64,000 bases of DNA from Vicugna vicugna (lineage: Eukaryota). The translations under genes and the position numbers were made by a program. Of this stretch, positions 39,660 to 53,454 are shown piece after piece; positions within the stretch are counted from its first letter, which is position 1; the number at the start of each line of letters is the position of its first letter. The DNA lies in the NCBI GenBank assembly GCA_013265495.1, contig MU058213.1, forward strand, positions 4,278,001 to 4,342,000. Reading direction: 5' to 3'. The notes under the pieces were generated by a model, which searched no databases, was not told the origin of the DNA, and saw only the letters and a list, made by a program, of their open reading frames with translations.

Positions 39660-40680
39660 CAGTAAATTTTTCATTTCACATACTGTATTTTATTTCTAGA
39701 AGTCCTTTTTTTTTTTAATCTTACATCTCTTTCCTTGTAGTGTTGCTTGTTTTCTTTAAATCGCTGAATAATTTGTAATAGCTTTTTTTAGGTCTTTGTT
39801 AATATCATCTTTTTTTTTTCTTGGCCTGTTTCTACTGACAGATTTTTCTTCTGGTTATGTGTCACATTTTTTGCTTCTGCACATGTTTGGCATATTTTGA
39901 TTAGATTCTAGACATTGTGAATCTTAACGTATTGAGTGGATTTTGTTGTTTTCTTTTAAACAGTATAGGACTTTGTTTTGACAGGGAATTGAGTTGCTAG
40001 AGGTCAACTCAGTCCCTTTGAGTTTTATTTTTAAGCTTTCTTAGAGTGGGTATAGAGTAACTTTTATGACAAGAATAGTTTACCTTGTTCCTAAGTCATA
40101 ACCCTTTTGAGATTTTTATTGAATGTCTTGAGTTGTCAATGTTTATGCTCCACTCTGACTACTTCCAACTTTTAAAACATCTCCCAATCTTGTTTGAGTT
40201 CTGGGAGTTGTTGAACTTACAGTTTGTTGATCATTTTTGCCTGTCTTTGTGGAGTTTTATCATGTTCTTGTGTGATTTCCTCTTAGTAACATACTAAAGA
40301 GGGCCCGGTGCAGATTTCCGGAGATCTTTCTCTACATAGCTTCCTCCTCTGGATCTCTGCTCCCCAGATTCCAGCTGCCTTTGCCTTCTGGAACTCTAAT
40401 CTCTACCCCTTCAACTCAGTGCTGCCACTCCACTCTGTTTGAGATCCCTCCCAGCACAATGATCTGCAAATTGACTCTAGTCAAGAATCCAGGATGATGG
40501 TAGAATTCATGTAGTTTGTTTCCCCTTTTCTCAGGCATCACAGTCTTACACTGTTTTCTTCCCTAGTCTCTGAAAGCAGGCATTTGACATATATTTTACA
40601 GTTTTCTAATTGTTTGCAATGGGAGGTTAAATTCAGTCCTGGCTACTACATCATGTTTGAAATCAGAAGTCTCCTTTCCT
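39660..40680 (-). mobile_element. Ancient LINE-1 (L1M) fragment
   Basis: Degenerate antisense L1, homologous to ~44170-45040 (gattctagacattgtgaat vs gattccagacattgtgatt). Confidence 0.45.
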
Positions 40681-42254
40681 TTTTAGGGAGATAAATGTGG
40701 CTAGTAGAAAATGTGTAATGTAGAGAGTGGAGGCAGAGTTCCTGAATAAGGGCAGTGTTCATGAAGCTAGGACAACCACTTACGTCTGGTCAGGTGTTAC
40801 ACTGCAGTATGAGTGATGCTCCTGGAGGTGTGTGGTGCACAGCTTAAATGACAGCTTTGCATGTAGCAGAGGTGAGGATACAAGTTGAGAGGACGCAGAT
40901 GTGCAGTTGATAGGACCTCATCTTAACTGAGTTAGTGTGAGGTGGATTGGACGATTGGAGAGGATGTGAAGGTTTTTATTTTGTGTGACTTATTTATCAC
41001 TGTGGAGGTGAATAAACCTTATTCATAACGATTTTGTGAGCCTTAAACGAGAATTTTCTTCCTGTCTTTGAAGAATTTGGTCTAGTGTATGAGAGTTCTT
41101 AGCCTTGAGGCAATCTTTATAAGACAGCTCTTAAAAAAAAAATCCCTTTGCTCCAGAAGAGATTGTTAAGACAAGCTGGAGTGAGTATCAGTGGATAGTA
41201 AACATTTTTTGTAAGTTGAGAAGATAAGACATTGTTCTCAGTGCCATGTTCACCTCAGAATGAAGGTGAAGACTGAAGTTCATGATGGAATCAGCTCAGA
41301 GGTTGTAACCAAAAGCACAGAAGTAGCAGCAGTCTTTGAGGCCTCTGTAGAATATCAACGTACTCCATTATCACAGGCATTACCACCCCACTTGGCTTCC
41401 TACATACTCCACTTGCACTCATCTTCCTGTATCATTAGAGGGAAGAGACTGCTTATGTTTGTCTATGGTAAGGGCATAGAAAGTGGGTGGAAAAGTCCCA
41501 TTTTTCCCCCAGCGAAACTATAAGAAATGGGCAACAAGGCCCAAATACAGATTACCTTTAAGTGAAATGATTACTTGATTTCTTTTGATTCCAGCCAGAT
41601 TTGGTTGGTGACAAAGTGTGAGAGAAAATGTCCAATTTCATGACTTCCGGAAAGGTCATTTTCACAGCACTCTGAAGAGGCAAAAGACTTGTTAACTTTT
41701 AAAAATATTGTTGAGATCATTGATTTTATCTTTATTCATTCCATTAAGTTATTTTAGATATCTGTTTATGTTTTTAGGTGTATCTCCTTAAGTATTGAAT
41801 TACATTGTACCCTAATTAAATGCAACTTTTTTATTTCTACATTTGTTAATATTATTATGAATACTTATTGATACAGTTTTATCTAAATAATTTTTAAAAA
41901 GTATCTACCAAAAAGCATCATAATCCACTCTTCTAACTATTTCACCAGAATGTAATGGTCTTTTGATTTACTTTGTTTTATTTCCCTAATTTATTCTAAG
42001 TACATAGAACGTTGTCTGTTACATAAAGGAATTCAGTAATTTTATTGGATGAAAAATTACAGATATAAAACTTAGTCTGAAAAAAAATTACCTTGAAACT
42101 CAGTCACATATGAATTAAAAGCATTTCTTTTAGGCAAGGATAATTTAACAATTTCCTTCTCACATACAGGTATCAATTGTTACACTATTTCCTTGTACAG
42201 AAAACAATGTAAGAAGACTTAGGAAAAATATTCGTGGAAGATTTGAGCTGTATG

Positions 42255-45040
42255 CTTTTTGACTTCTTCTTTGACCCGTGAATTATTTAGAAGTTATTGT
42301 TATTCAGGTTCCAGATATTTGGGGAGAATATTCATTTTAGAGGTATTTCTGTTACTGATTTCTAGTTTAATTCTATTATGGTCGGAAAACATACTTTGTT
42401 TGAATTGAACCTGTTTAAATATATTGAGTCTTGTTTTACAGCCTGGAATATGGTTTGACTTGGCAGATCTTCTGCATGAACTTGAAAAGAATGTGTCTTC
42501 TGCTGTGGGTTGGTGGTGTGTTTTCTAAGTATCAGTTAGGTCATTTTGGCTTATAGTATTTTTCAAGTCTTTCATATCCTTTCTGATTTTCTGTCAAGTT
42601 GATTTACAATTATTACGAGAGGGGAATTGAAATCTCTTGACTCGAACTGTAAATTTTTTATTTATCCTTGCAGGTATATTGACTTTATTCATATATTTTG
42701 AAACTCTGTTATTAAATGCATTCATGTTTAGGATTGTTACATCCTCTTGATTGACTGTTTTGTCATTATGAAATGGCATCCTTTATCTCTGGTAATATTC
42801 TTTACTCATAAATTTGCAAGATATTAATGAATTTGCTCATAGATTTATGTGATATTAATAAATATACTTCCACTTTCTTTTGATGTGTTAGCATTGTACA
42901 CCTTTTCCTTATTTTTACTTTTAACTTTGTTCTATTTATAACAGTGCATTTATTGTAGGCAGCATATGGTTAGGTTTTGCTTTTTCATCCAGTCTGAAAT
43001 CTTTGGTTTTAAACTGGAAAACTTAGTGTGATGTTTGATATAGTTAGAGTTGAATCTTTTATCTTGCTGTTTGTTTTCTGTTTATCTCATGTGTTCTTTG
43101 TTCCCTCTTTCTTCTTTTTCTCCTTTCTTTAGGATAAATTGAATATTTTTATGATTCTATTTTGTAGTCTTTGTTGCCTTTTTAGGAGTAACTTTTTATG
43201 TTGTTAATTTAGTGCTTATGTTGGAATTTATTGTATATATTTTCAGTTTATCTTAGTTTACCTTAATTGATATTGTGTCATTTCACATATAGTTCAAGCA
43301 CTTTACATGGTATAAATCCATTTCTGCCCTCCTAGCTTTTGTGTTATTGTTGCCATACATTTTACTTCTACATATGTAATAAACTCAACACCAGATCTTT
43401 GTTATTTTTGTTTAGTCAGTCATCTTTTAAAGAGATCTAAATAATAAGAAAAGCACATACACATCTATTAATGAAGTAACCATTCCCATTGCTCTTTGTT
43501 TCTTAGTGAAGATCCTTAATTCCATCTGGCGTCATTTTTCTTGTACTTGAAAAACTTCCTTGAACATTTCTTGTAGTGCAGATTTGTTGATAGTGAATTC
43601 CTTTCAACTTTTGCATGTATCAAACATTCTTCATTTTTTCTTTGTTGTTAAGAAGATATTTTTGCTTGTATAGAATTGTAGATGGGTAGCTTTTTTTTTT
43701 CCTGTTTTAGAGATTTTCTCTGATGTCTTCTTTTTATAATTTCCAATGAGAAATCTAATGTCATTTACATTTTTGTTTCTCTCTATGTAGTAAGTATCTT
43801 TTTTTCTATCTGTTTTTAAGATTAAAAAATGATTGATTTGAGCAATTTGGTTATGATGTGAATTGGTGTAAGCTTGTTTCTTTTGCTTGATGTTTATTGA
43901 ACTTCTTGGATCTGTGGGTTTATAATTTTATTTGATTTTGGAGAAATTTTGAAAATTACTTCTTCAAATAATATTCTGTGCCCCCTCACCTTCAGAAACT
44001 TCTCCAAATTTATGTGTATAAGAACTCTTAAAGTTGTGCCACAGCTCATATCATTTAAAAAAATTGTCTTTTCTCTTTGTGTTACATATTGGGTGGTTTC
44101 TTTTGTTGTGTCTTCAAGTTTATTACCTTTTCTTCTGCAGTGTTTAATCTGCCATCTGATTAAACTGATTTAATATCCTGGTCTATTGTTTCTTACATCT
44201 GTGTCAGTTGTGGTTGGATTTAATTGATGTTTTTTTAACCCTCTGTATGGTTTGTACCTTTCTGCTTCTTTGTATGGCTGGTAATTTTTTGTTAGATTCC
44301 AGACATTGTGATTTTACCTTGCTGGGTGATACATACTTTTGTATTACTAAAAATATTCTTGAATCTTCTTCTGAATATAGTTATGTTACTTTGAAACATC
44401 TTGATCTTTTTTGAACTTTTTAAGATTTGTTAGTTGAGTCCAGCTCAGTGCTCAGTCTAGGGCTGTTTATTCCTCACTATTGAAGGAGTCTGTTTTTGCC
44501 CTCTACCAGTACCCTAAGACTTACGAAGTTTTCTAGTCTTGCTGCTGGGAACAGATACTATTACTGGGCCTGTATGCTGCCTGGCATTGTTACCTTGATA
44601 TCTTTTGGGGTTATTCTTTCTCCAACTTTAGCTAATTTCCTCACATGCATGCGTGTGCTCAAGGAGAACCCTCTTGCAAAAATTTGCTTGTTATCACTGC
44701 TACTCTCTGGTTCTGTGTCCTGCTTATTCTCTGAGGTCCATGTCCATGTTCTCAATTCACTGAGTCTGTCCATCTCCATATTCATTTCTTTCCAGGACTT
44801 TAGCTTGGAAACTTTCTTAGCTCAGTAAGGTTGATCATTTGTAGGGCTCTTCTAACTTGTTTCTTGCCTCTTAAAGATCACTGTCCTTTGTTGCCTGTTG
44901 TTCAGTATCTTGAAAATTGTTATATCATTTATTTTTTCTGTTTTATGCTTTTTTTCAGGAATACTATAAATCTAGTCCCTATTGTTCCCTATGACCCTGT
45001 GTTTACTGGGAACAGAACTTCTGGCTATCTACATTTAAAG
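42255..45040 (-). mobile_element. Ancient LINE-1 (L1M) with ORF2 endonuclease-region remnants
   Basis: Minus-strand ORF 42594-42779 (NQEDVTILNMNAFNNRVSKYM) resembles L1 EN 'QEDITILNIYAPNN'; long T-rich antisense tract. Confidence 0.65.
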
Positions 45041-45090
45041 TAGTTTTAAAAAGGCTAATTAATTTCCTCAGTTGCACTAAGCCACATTTT

Positions 45091-45181
45091 TATTTATTTT
45101 TAGAGGAGGTACTGGGGATTGAACCCAGAACCTCTTGCATGCAGAGCACACACTCTACCACTTGAGCTATACCCTCTCCCC
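45091..45181 (-). mobile_element. tRNA-derived SINE, Vic-1-like (camelid), with perfect 19-bp TSD, inserted into a MER3-like element (~45055-45298)
   Basis: Reverse strand ggggagagggtatagctcaagtggtagag...gggttcaatccccagtacctcc plus A tail (Pol III A and B boxes); ttgcactaagccacatttt at 45072-45090 and 45182-45200. Confidence 0.88.
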
Positions 45182-47016
45182 TTGCACTAAGCCACATTTT
45201 AAGTGCTTAATAGCTGCATGTATTTAGTGACTACCATATTGGAGAATACATGTGTAGAACATTTCCATCACTGTAGAAAGTTCTATTGGACAGTGCTTCA
45301 TTAGGCCTTATATTGTTATATATAGTGTTCTCATATATTAATAAAAACACATAAAAACTACAGTTAGAGTTATGTTTTTTCTTTCCATAAATGTAATAAT
45401 TAAGTTTATATTTAAATTAGGTACTTCTATTTTCACAAAGATGTACAACTTCTTAATTTTGAGTGACTAAATTTATATAATGTATATAGTGGATTGTGAA
45501 ACTGGAAATGGGTTTCTATGTCAGTGCTCTTTTCTCTGTATTATAGAAGGGTGAGAAATCTCTAGCTTGTTGAGTCATGTCTTATTTTGAATTATTTGTT
45601 TGTTTCTTGTGGCAGATATCCCTCTGACTAATCATTTCTGAATCCTTTATATTCCCAGGCCTAAGGCAGTGTCTGGCATGTAGTAGGTGCTTGAATACTT
45701 GTTTATTCAAAAATATTTGTGGACTTACTATGAGCCTGACATTTTTGGGGGACATAGGACTAATTTCTGCTGGAAACCTAATAGAGTATCAATATCTGTT
45801 AGTTTCCCTACCGAGGCTACAATACCTTAAAGGTAGAATGAACTTATATCCTGAAAACTTAAACTAGACTTATAGTCACTCTACCAGGTGAGATGTTGAA
45901 TGGCATTGCTGAGCTACCTTATATTCTAACAAAAAAATAGTACCCTCCTTTCCTTAATGAATGTCAGAGCTATTTCATGTAGAAAGCAATGTCTCTAACA
46001 GTTTGATAAGCACTGTTAAAGAGCCACCTATGAATGTTAGTTTGCCATCTGGGTTTGTGAAAAATGGAAGCAAGAATCCAGTTTTTATAGGAGAAACACC
46101 TTCCACACATAGGAAATCAGTTTTCTTCAGAGTCCAATCTATTGTAAATTGAGAAATTGGGAACAGTTTAATCAATATTTAAGTTTCTTGTTTTGACTTG
46201 GCTGTTTAACCTACTTAATTGTTAAGAAAGAATTTCATATTCAATTACCAAATGCTTACACTATTACATGGTTAGGTTATGCTTCTCATTACCATTTAAT
46301 AAAATTGTTTAAACACAGGTCATGTTTTGTTGATGATGTGAGCAAATATTGAATAGACATTCACAGGGCATCTGTTAATTAACTTTGGCCTTAAAAAGAA
46401 ATAGCAAGATTATTGTTCATTTTTTTGACATGACAAAATTAATCTGAAAAATCAAAATAAATAGGTGCTATAAATTACAGTATATATCTCTTTTACAAAT
46501 GAAACTACTATCTCTGAGTTGTAAAGGTTGAAAATGCACTTGTCATATATGTAATTTATTTGTGTTCTTATCTTGAAAAGAATTTGAATTGGACATAATC
46601 ACTTGCTAGAGAAAGGAAATGATTAAATTAAAATTTCCTGACTACATTTCTTCTGTGTATTTCCTATATATTTCTTGTCTTTAATAGTCATTTTATTAAT
46701 ATTAACTGGATTACGGAATTTGGTTTGAGTCATTTTTGCAATAAAGTTCTATTTTAAGTTATTTCAAAAGTCTTACAGATGCATGGAGCAGGAGTTAGTC
46801 TTTCAGAGGTTTGCTTTGATAGTTGAGGTATTTTGATAGCTATATCCAGAAGTACTTTTGTTAACACAAAGCCATTTTGGTGTGCATTATCCTAATTCTT
46901 TGAGATATAAACTAATCTTAGAGTTTAGACAAAACCACTATTAGTACAATAGTTAAGTACCTACTGTATGCTAGGCACTATGCTTAGTGCTTTGAGGAGA
47001 ATAAAGATGTATTGGA

Positions 47017-47268
47017 GTTTGAGATTTGCAAAGGTTAACCACTATATATAAAAATAGATAAACAAATTTCTTCTGTATAGGGCAGGGAACTATATTCAAT
47101 ATCTTGTAATAACCTTTAATGAAAAGTATTATGAAAATAAATATGTGTGTGCATATATATATATATGCATAACTGGGACATTGTGCTGTACACCAGAAAT
47201 TGACACATTATTACTGACTATACTTCAATAATTAAAAAAAGAACAAAATATTGCTAGCCTTGTTTAAA
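47017..47268 (+). mobile_element. Short lineage-specific LINE-1 3' UTR insertion
   Basis: gtttgagatttgca...cagggaactatattcaatatcttg...actgactatacttcaataa; related to 37565-37775; imperfect TSD at 47003-47016 / 47269-47282. Confidence 0.75.
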
Positions 47269-50200
47269 AAAAATGTGTTGGATATCATCAGTGTAGCTTC
47301 ATGTATGTAATAGAAGAGAGAATATGTATACTATTCTAATAATTGTAATACAAATATATACCTTTTTGGATTCTTGTAGACATGTTAGGGAAAAAAATTT
47401 ATGAAAAAACTTCTAATGAATAAATGGGTTAACATGTCTGTCTTTCCCCTCTTATGTATCTAACCTTATTGTTAAAATAAACCCCACCAGAGTACAAGAT
47501 TCTATAGTTAACATTTGTATAAGCAGTCTCAAAATATAATAGTGTCTAGCACAGTATAGTCAGACTATAGTATTATGCACATTGTAAGTGTTAATAAACG
47601 TTTGGGGAATGAATGCCTATGAAAACTGATTTTCTTGAGGCTTTGTATCAGTAATAGCTAACATACACATTCTGTCCTTTTCAAACTGCAGATCATTACT
47701 CATTGGTAGGTTAAAAAAACACTTGAGTGGATCTCACACAGCATGATAAAGGAATGGAACAGAAGCTATGAGAATGCATCACATGTATTTAGGGGATTAT
47801 TTTTATAAAATTTTAGTTTGTTGTATAAATATACACTTGTGTACACTAGGTGGTGATATAAAATTTATTTAACAGTGGATTGTGGTTTTAAAAAAGTTGA
47901 AAGCCACAACTTTAGTAGTTAATTTTAGCTGCTTTTAAAGTGCCAGTTTCCCTTTACTATTTTACAAGGTGTGAAAATGACTCAATTTGCATATCTGATG
48001 CGATGGGTTTGGTCTTTGTTAAGGCTGTTTTGCAGAATGCTAGATACTGTAGTTTAAACTCCACTCCAGATTTCTCTGTATTAGATAAAAGGACTAATAC
48101 AACTTTTTTTGTGTTAGTAGCCTTTAGTCTTTTTCACTGACCTTTCACTCATGTTAGACACAACTTCTTTTAAAGAAAAAAGCAACTTTATTGGCATTGG
48201 TGGCAACAGACATTTTTATCCATATTAAGGAAAATATCTCAGAAATAGAGAGACACCAGAATGTAATTATATTAAAACAAAAACCAAAACCACAGCATCA
48301 AACAGGAGGAAATTCTTTTAGTTAATGATGTACCCTACGTGGGCCTCAGTTTGAAAAGAAAGTGGTGGTGGTTACTTAATCTCTCAGGTTACTTTGTGAT
48401 ACAAATTTGGAACTCTTAAGACATCTTTAACTATCTTTCAGATATGGAATTCTACCAAATATTTGAAATGATCATATAAACAGCTTGACTTTCAGGAATT
48501 CAGAACCGCTAATAAAGTGGAAGTGAACTGTATTCACTAATATGTGTGAATTAAAGTCACTTTACAAGAGCCTATGACTAGACTGTTTGACAAAGTTTAT
48601 ATAGGAAAATTAAATGCTTATAGGCTGCATATTGGAAAAATATCTTAAACTTTCCTTGAAGGGAATATTTCTTTGAAGCAGATTTAATTTGTGATAATGT
48701 GTTGAGGCTAATTTTTTTCACCCTCCGTAGAATCATTTTTGAAATTGTAATGAAAATCAATTGCAAAAGATAATTCGGCATTTAAACAATCTTTACTCTA
48801 ACTCTTATTTTCTAGGAACACGTGTAATTCTTAAAATGAGATTATTTTCAGAATCTTAGCATGTCGTTGCTTTTATAGCTCGTTTTACAGTACTTGGTTT
48901 TGGGATTTTATTGTCATGGTTTTGCTACTAGCTTGAGGACTACTAGAAAACACAGCTTACTCGATTTGGGATTGTGGAGCAGTATAAATTGAATGGAGAT
49001 GAAAAATGATTTCTTTAGGTCAGAAGCATTTTACATCTGGAAACATATCCTCAATCTCTGGCTTTGGTTTTTCTACATGTGCCATTTATTAGCAAATATA
49101 TTCTTTATGAAATTTTGACATAGTGTACTATGGAAATGTTTTTAGAGCCTCTACTCTTTCTTCCTAAGGAAAGCTTTAATTCTAGGCAGGATTTAGCTTT
49201 GTTTTGATAAGGTATTAAATCTTCCATCAGGGTAGCAGACATTCTTAACCAAACTACCATGCCTCTACTGTTTTTACCTTTGCTTGTTTTTTTAGGAAAA
49301 GTGTTTTGAGATATTTGGAAAAGGGGGAATCTTTGATCAAATTTGAGTTGGACTCAGTGTTTTATTTCATTGGCCTTCATGTTTTAGGACTTTTTGCTTT
49401 ATAATGTGGAAGAGGGTTCCCTTCATTAACCTGCTCTCCCTCTTTCTGGATGCAGCTATTTATTTTGAAGTAACCGTGGTTCTCTATAAACTGTCAGGTT
49501 CTATTGATACCTTATAGCAAGTGAAAACTGGTACAGTTCTGACAGGATATACCCTGTGCTTCAAGGAGAAATCGGTCCGAATTTGAACATTGTTTGTATA
49601 TGTGTGGTAGGGTGCCGCTAACTTGGTTCCCGGAGAACATGAGATTGCCATGGCAACAAAAGCTCTTGGAAGGCAGAAATCTTGGCAGAGTGGTTGGGTC
49701 TTTTGAAGTGCTGGGTGTTTTGATAGGAAAGGCTCCAGTCAGCAATAAGCACACAACTGTAGGCCAGCAGTCAAGGAAAATAAGCATTTAGCTTTTAGCT
49801 TTAACTTGAGGGCAAATATATTTTGCTTCCCTCTCAATGCTAATCTTCTTTCAAACAAATATTTATATGAGGTTTTCTTGTCACATGTATGCTGTTTCAA
49901 GAACGTAAGTTTCCAAGCATATGCTCTGTGATGTTTTGACTGGCCTAAAATTGTCTCAATTTTTGGTAAGATCATTGTGGTGTAATGCGTTCTAATATTA
50001 ATGGGTTCTGATATTAAAAGTAGAGTAGATAAAAATCAGCACAAATTACTCAGTTCAGTATTTGTTATTGTTCAGGAACTAGTGGAAAACAGATATAAGT
50101 CCTCAAACTCCCCATGCTGCCTACTGTTTTCAGGATCCTTATCTTACCTACCAACTTTCTCTGTATTCTCCACTCTGATTCTCAACTTTCATCATGGTTT

Positions 50201-53200
50201 TGCTCAAGTGGATGGATGTTCATTCCTGCTTCTGGGCCACCACCTTGCCTACCGTGCCTTCTCATTTTTCTGCCTTTCCAAACACTACTCATCATCTCAG
50301 AATTTCCTTTTCAAGTTTGTCTTTGTAATTAAGCTTTCTCTGACTAACCTCCATGAATGTTTTCCTTCCTAAATTCTTGATTAGAATTTACATACTGAAT
50401 CATTTAGAGCTTAATATGATTTCACACACTATTTGGTTAATGTGTTTTGTGTTGTCAGTAGGACTAATTTTCTTACTAATGAGCTTTTTATGTTCAGGAA
50501 TTGTGACCTATACTCTAGTATTTTATAATAAAGGACCAGACACATGGTTAATACTTAGTGAAAACTAATTCATTGATGGTTTTATCTCTAAATATGTTAA
50601 TAATCATAAATTATATTCAAATAGTAGACTGTTTAGCTTTTTAATAGTTTGTATATGCAGTCATCATAAACTGTACTTTCTCGAGGATACTGTTTTCAAT
50701 GCTTGGGCCAATAATTTGTATATATCTTTTCCCAACCACAATTTTTCATCTAAACTGAAGAACCCAGAAAATGATTTGGATGACTTTTCTCAGTTCTCCT
50801 AGGAAAGATACATAACTAATATCATTCTTGATGCCTGGGAAGCAAGTAATTTTTGTACATTCAGTGAATGACTTGGAGTGCTATGGCTTAATTCTTAACG
50901 TGGAACTAGTTTAGAATGGGACATATATGTCATTTCTATATTACACTCAGTTTCCTCATGTGTGACTAGGTTGAATCTTTCCATGTATTACATATGTTTC
51001 CATTTTGTTCTCTTCTGTTATTTCTTTGTCCAAGAAATAAATGCTAGTAGAACTTTAAAGGAGAGCCGTTCCAGGAACCAGGTGGAGTTTTGCTGTTTTG
51101 ATTTATTAGAAGGTATTGAAATGATAACCCAGTTTTAAGCAGCACTATTGTCTGCAGGTATAATACAGTTCCCACTTTTCAGACTAGTTCAATGTAAAGT
51201 ATGGAAAATTTTGATGTTACAAAAACTTTTAAAAGATTTTCTCCCTCTAATCTATGAAAGAAGAGGAAGGTAAAAAAAACTAAGCTGCTAAATCAGGTAT
51301 TTTAGGATTATTTTATTATCCTGTCTGAAAAAGAATCATCAGTTATTTGCACACATTTTATACCTAGAAATATTAAACCTCATCATTTATTTTTAAAAGT
51401 AATTATCCATTGAAGAAATTTCTAAAGTACATAATTAAGTTCAAAATTCACATTTAGCTCTTTGCTTTTGTTTACTAAGCAGGTCTAGAGTAAATGCCTA
51501 GGGCCTTAGGGGAGTGCCAGGGTCTGATAAAACTTTAGGGTTATTCACCACTCACAGGATAGTTGTTATTCCCTTAATGCAAGTGGAGTACAGAAGCTTT
51601 TGCAGTTAATCATTATGGTAAATGATATGATGGTTAATGATTTACGTATAATTCTTCAGTGTTTCTGATAGCATAAGTTATATTTAGATGAATTTTCCTG
51701 AAGAAGTAAGACTTCATTTCAGTTGTTTTTTATTAAAATCTTTATAAAGTATTAAAAGTTATATATATTTTTAAAGCTTAACAAATATCTAGCTTTCTCA
51801 GGATTACAGTCATGCCTATTTGTTGTACTTTGCTCTAATATCTAATACAGTGGTAGTATATTGTATCATGATGAAGGTTGATAGGGTTGTTTGAGTCTAT
51901 ATAAGTCTTCCTGTTTACTGTGCACTTACATGTTTCATTTTAATTTTTTATTTCCTGTTACCTGCAGTAATTTCTTAGTTTGTCAGTTTTTAACAGCACT
52001 AGCCGAGTTTTGGGTTTTATTATGCTGTGAAATTTTTATTCTGCTTTGTAATCTAACCTGCTAGAAACTGACCTTGTAGGGTTAATGAGATAGGTAAGTA
52101 TTGCTAAAATCAGAGACTGCTGATATTTGAAAGGAGGCCTGAGAGTGACTGTCACTCTCTTGTGTAGAAGAGTACATAGGCTTTGTTTAAGCTCTTTTTC
52201 TGGGTTATTCCTCTCTTTGTTCTGAGTATAGGTGTAGTCAGTTGCAGTCACTTGATTTATGATTATGATATGTGGACTGTTGTCACTTCTCCTTAAGATG
52301 ACTTTGATATTAAAAAAATTTTAAGACACTTATTTTTTCATGTAATAGCAAAATTTATTTGAGAAAATATCAAAGTAAATAGTTTGTATATATTAAATAT
52401 GTTTTAAACATGAACTTTAAAGTCAGCCAATTGTGAATTAAAGGTATATCAAGTACTTATTAAATATAAATTTTTTGGCATAAAATGAATTAAATTGATT
52501 TGGATTTATGATTATTGATGAGATTGCTGCATTAAATTCTAATATGCTGTGATAAGGAACATTTTTTTGAATACCTTCTAGCCTATCCTGATGTGAAGAA
52601 GATTTTTCTGTAAATGTAAAGGAAAAAACATTTTAATCATCCCATTTGGTTATTGAGAGTAGAGACTGGGTTGATGAGTTCAGAAGTACCTGTCAAGGAC
52701 ATGCTTTGGTAATGGATGAAACATAATTACTTTACTAATTTGTTCAGTTCTGTGTAGTTCCTGAAACTTGTGGCTCTTGTTAGAGACTTTCTTTAATTCT
52801 GGTTTCCTCTCAATTTTCTGTATTTGTAAATATGTTCAGTTCATTGAGTGAGGAGAATAGGCAGAGCCTTCTGCTGAGAACGAGATGTCTCTTTCCTCAC
52901 TGTGATACTCTTGGCTTTTTGCTGACCTTTACATATAAGGGATTCGGCTATGTTCAGAGGAGAGAAAGTGGGGAACCGACTGATTAGGACTCTTTTCTGG
53001 GTTCAAAAAAATTCATAAAGGGAGAAAGAATGTTCATTACTGAGAATTTGATGGGGGCACTGCCCCAGGTTTTTCATTTCAACCTCACTATGGTAAAAAA
53101 ATGGAGATCTAGTATCAGGCCAGATATTCTATCCATGAGAGCTCTTCTTATCTGAGGAAATTTGAACACAGTAACCATAGTGGAATGTGTTGTTCATATT

Positions 53201-53454
53201 AATAAGCAAGTTAAGTTGAGGAGCTTCTCTTTTAGCTAGATTAAAAAAATACCAATTTTTTCAGCTACTCATTGGTTACTGAACAAGAATATAATATTAA
53301 TCCCTATTTCTTTGGCTTTGATTTAATTAGAAATAATTGAAAAAACTGGCCCGCATTATTTTCCTTTGGATCCATTCATCTAATAGTACTTTTAGAGCAC
53401 TAATCTAATATGAATTAGTTTGCATTTCAGTTAATTTGAAACAAATAGGAACTA

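Noticed and set aside
40760..40870. Imperfect palindrome as a novel structure
   Set aside because: It resembles a decayed MER53-like palindromic hAT MITE
45091..45181. tRNA gene
   Set aside because: A tail plus 19-bp TSD and a degenerate cloverleaf indicate a tRNA-derived SINE
45990..46025. Hairpin taacagt...actgtta as a snoRNA or miRNA
   Set aside because: Short stem, no properly placed C/D or H/ACA boxes, compatible with chance
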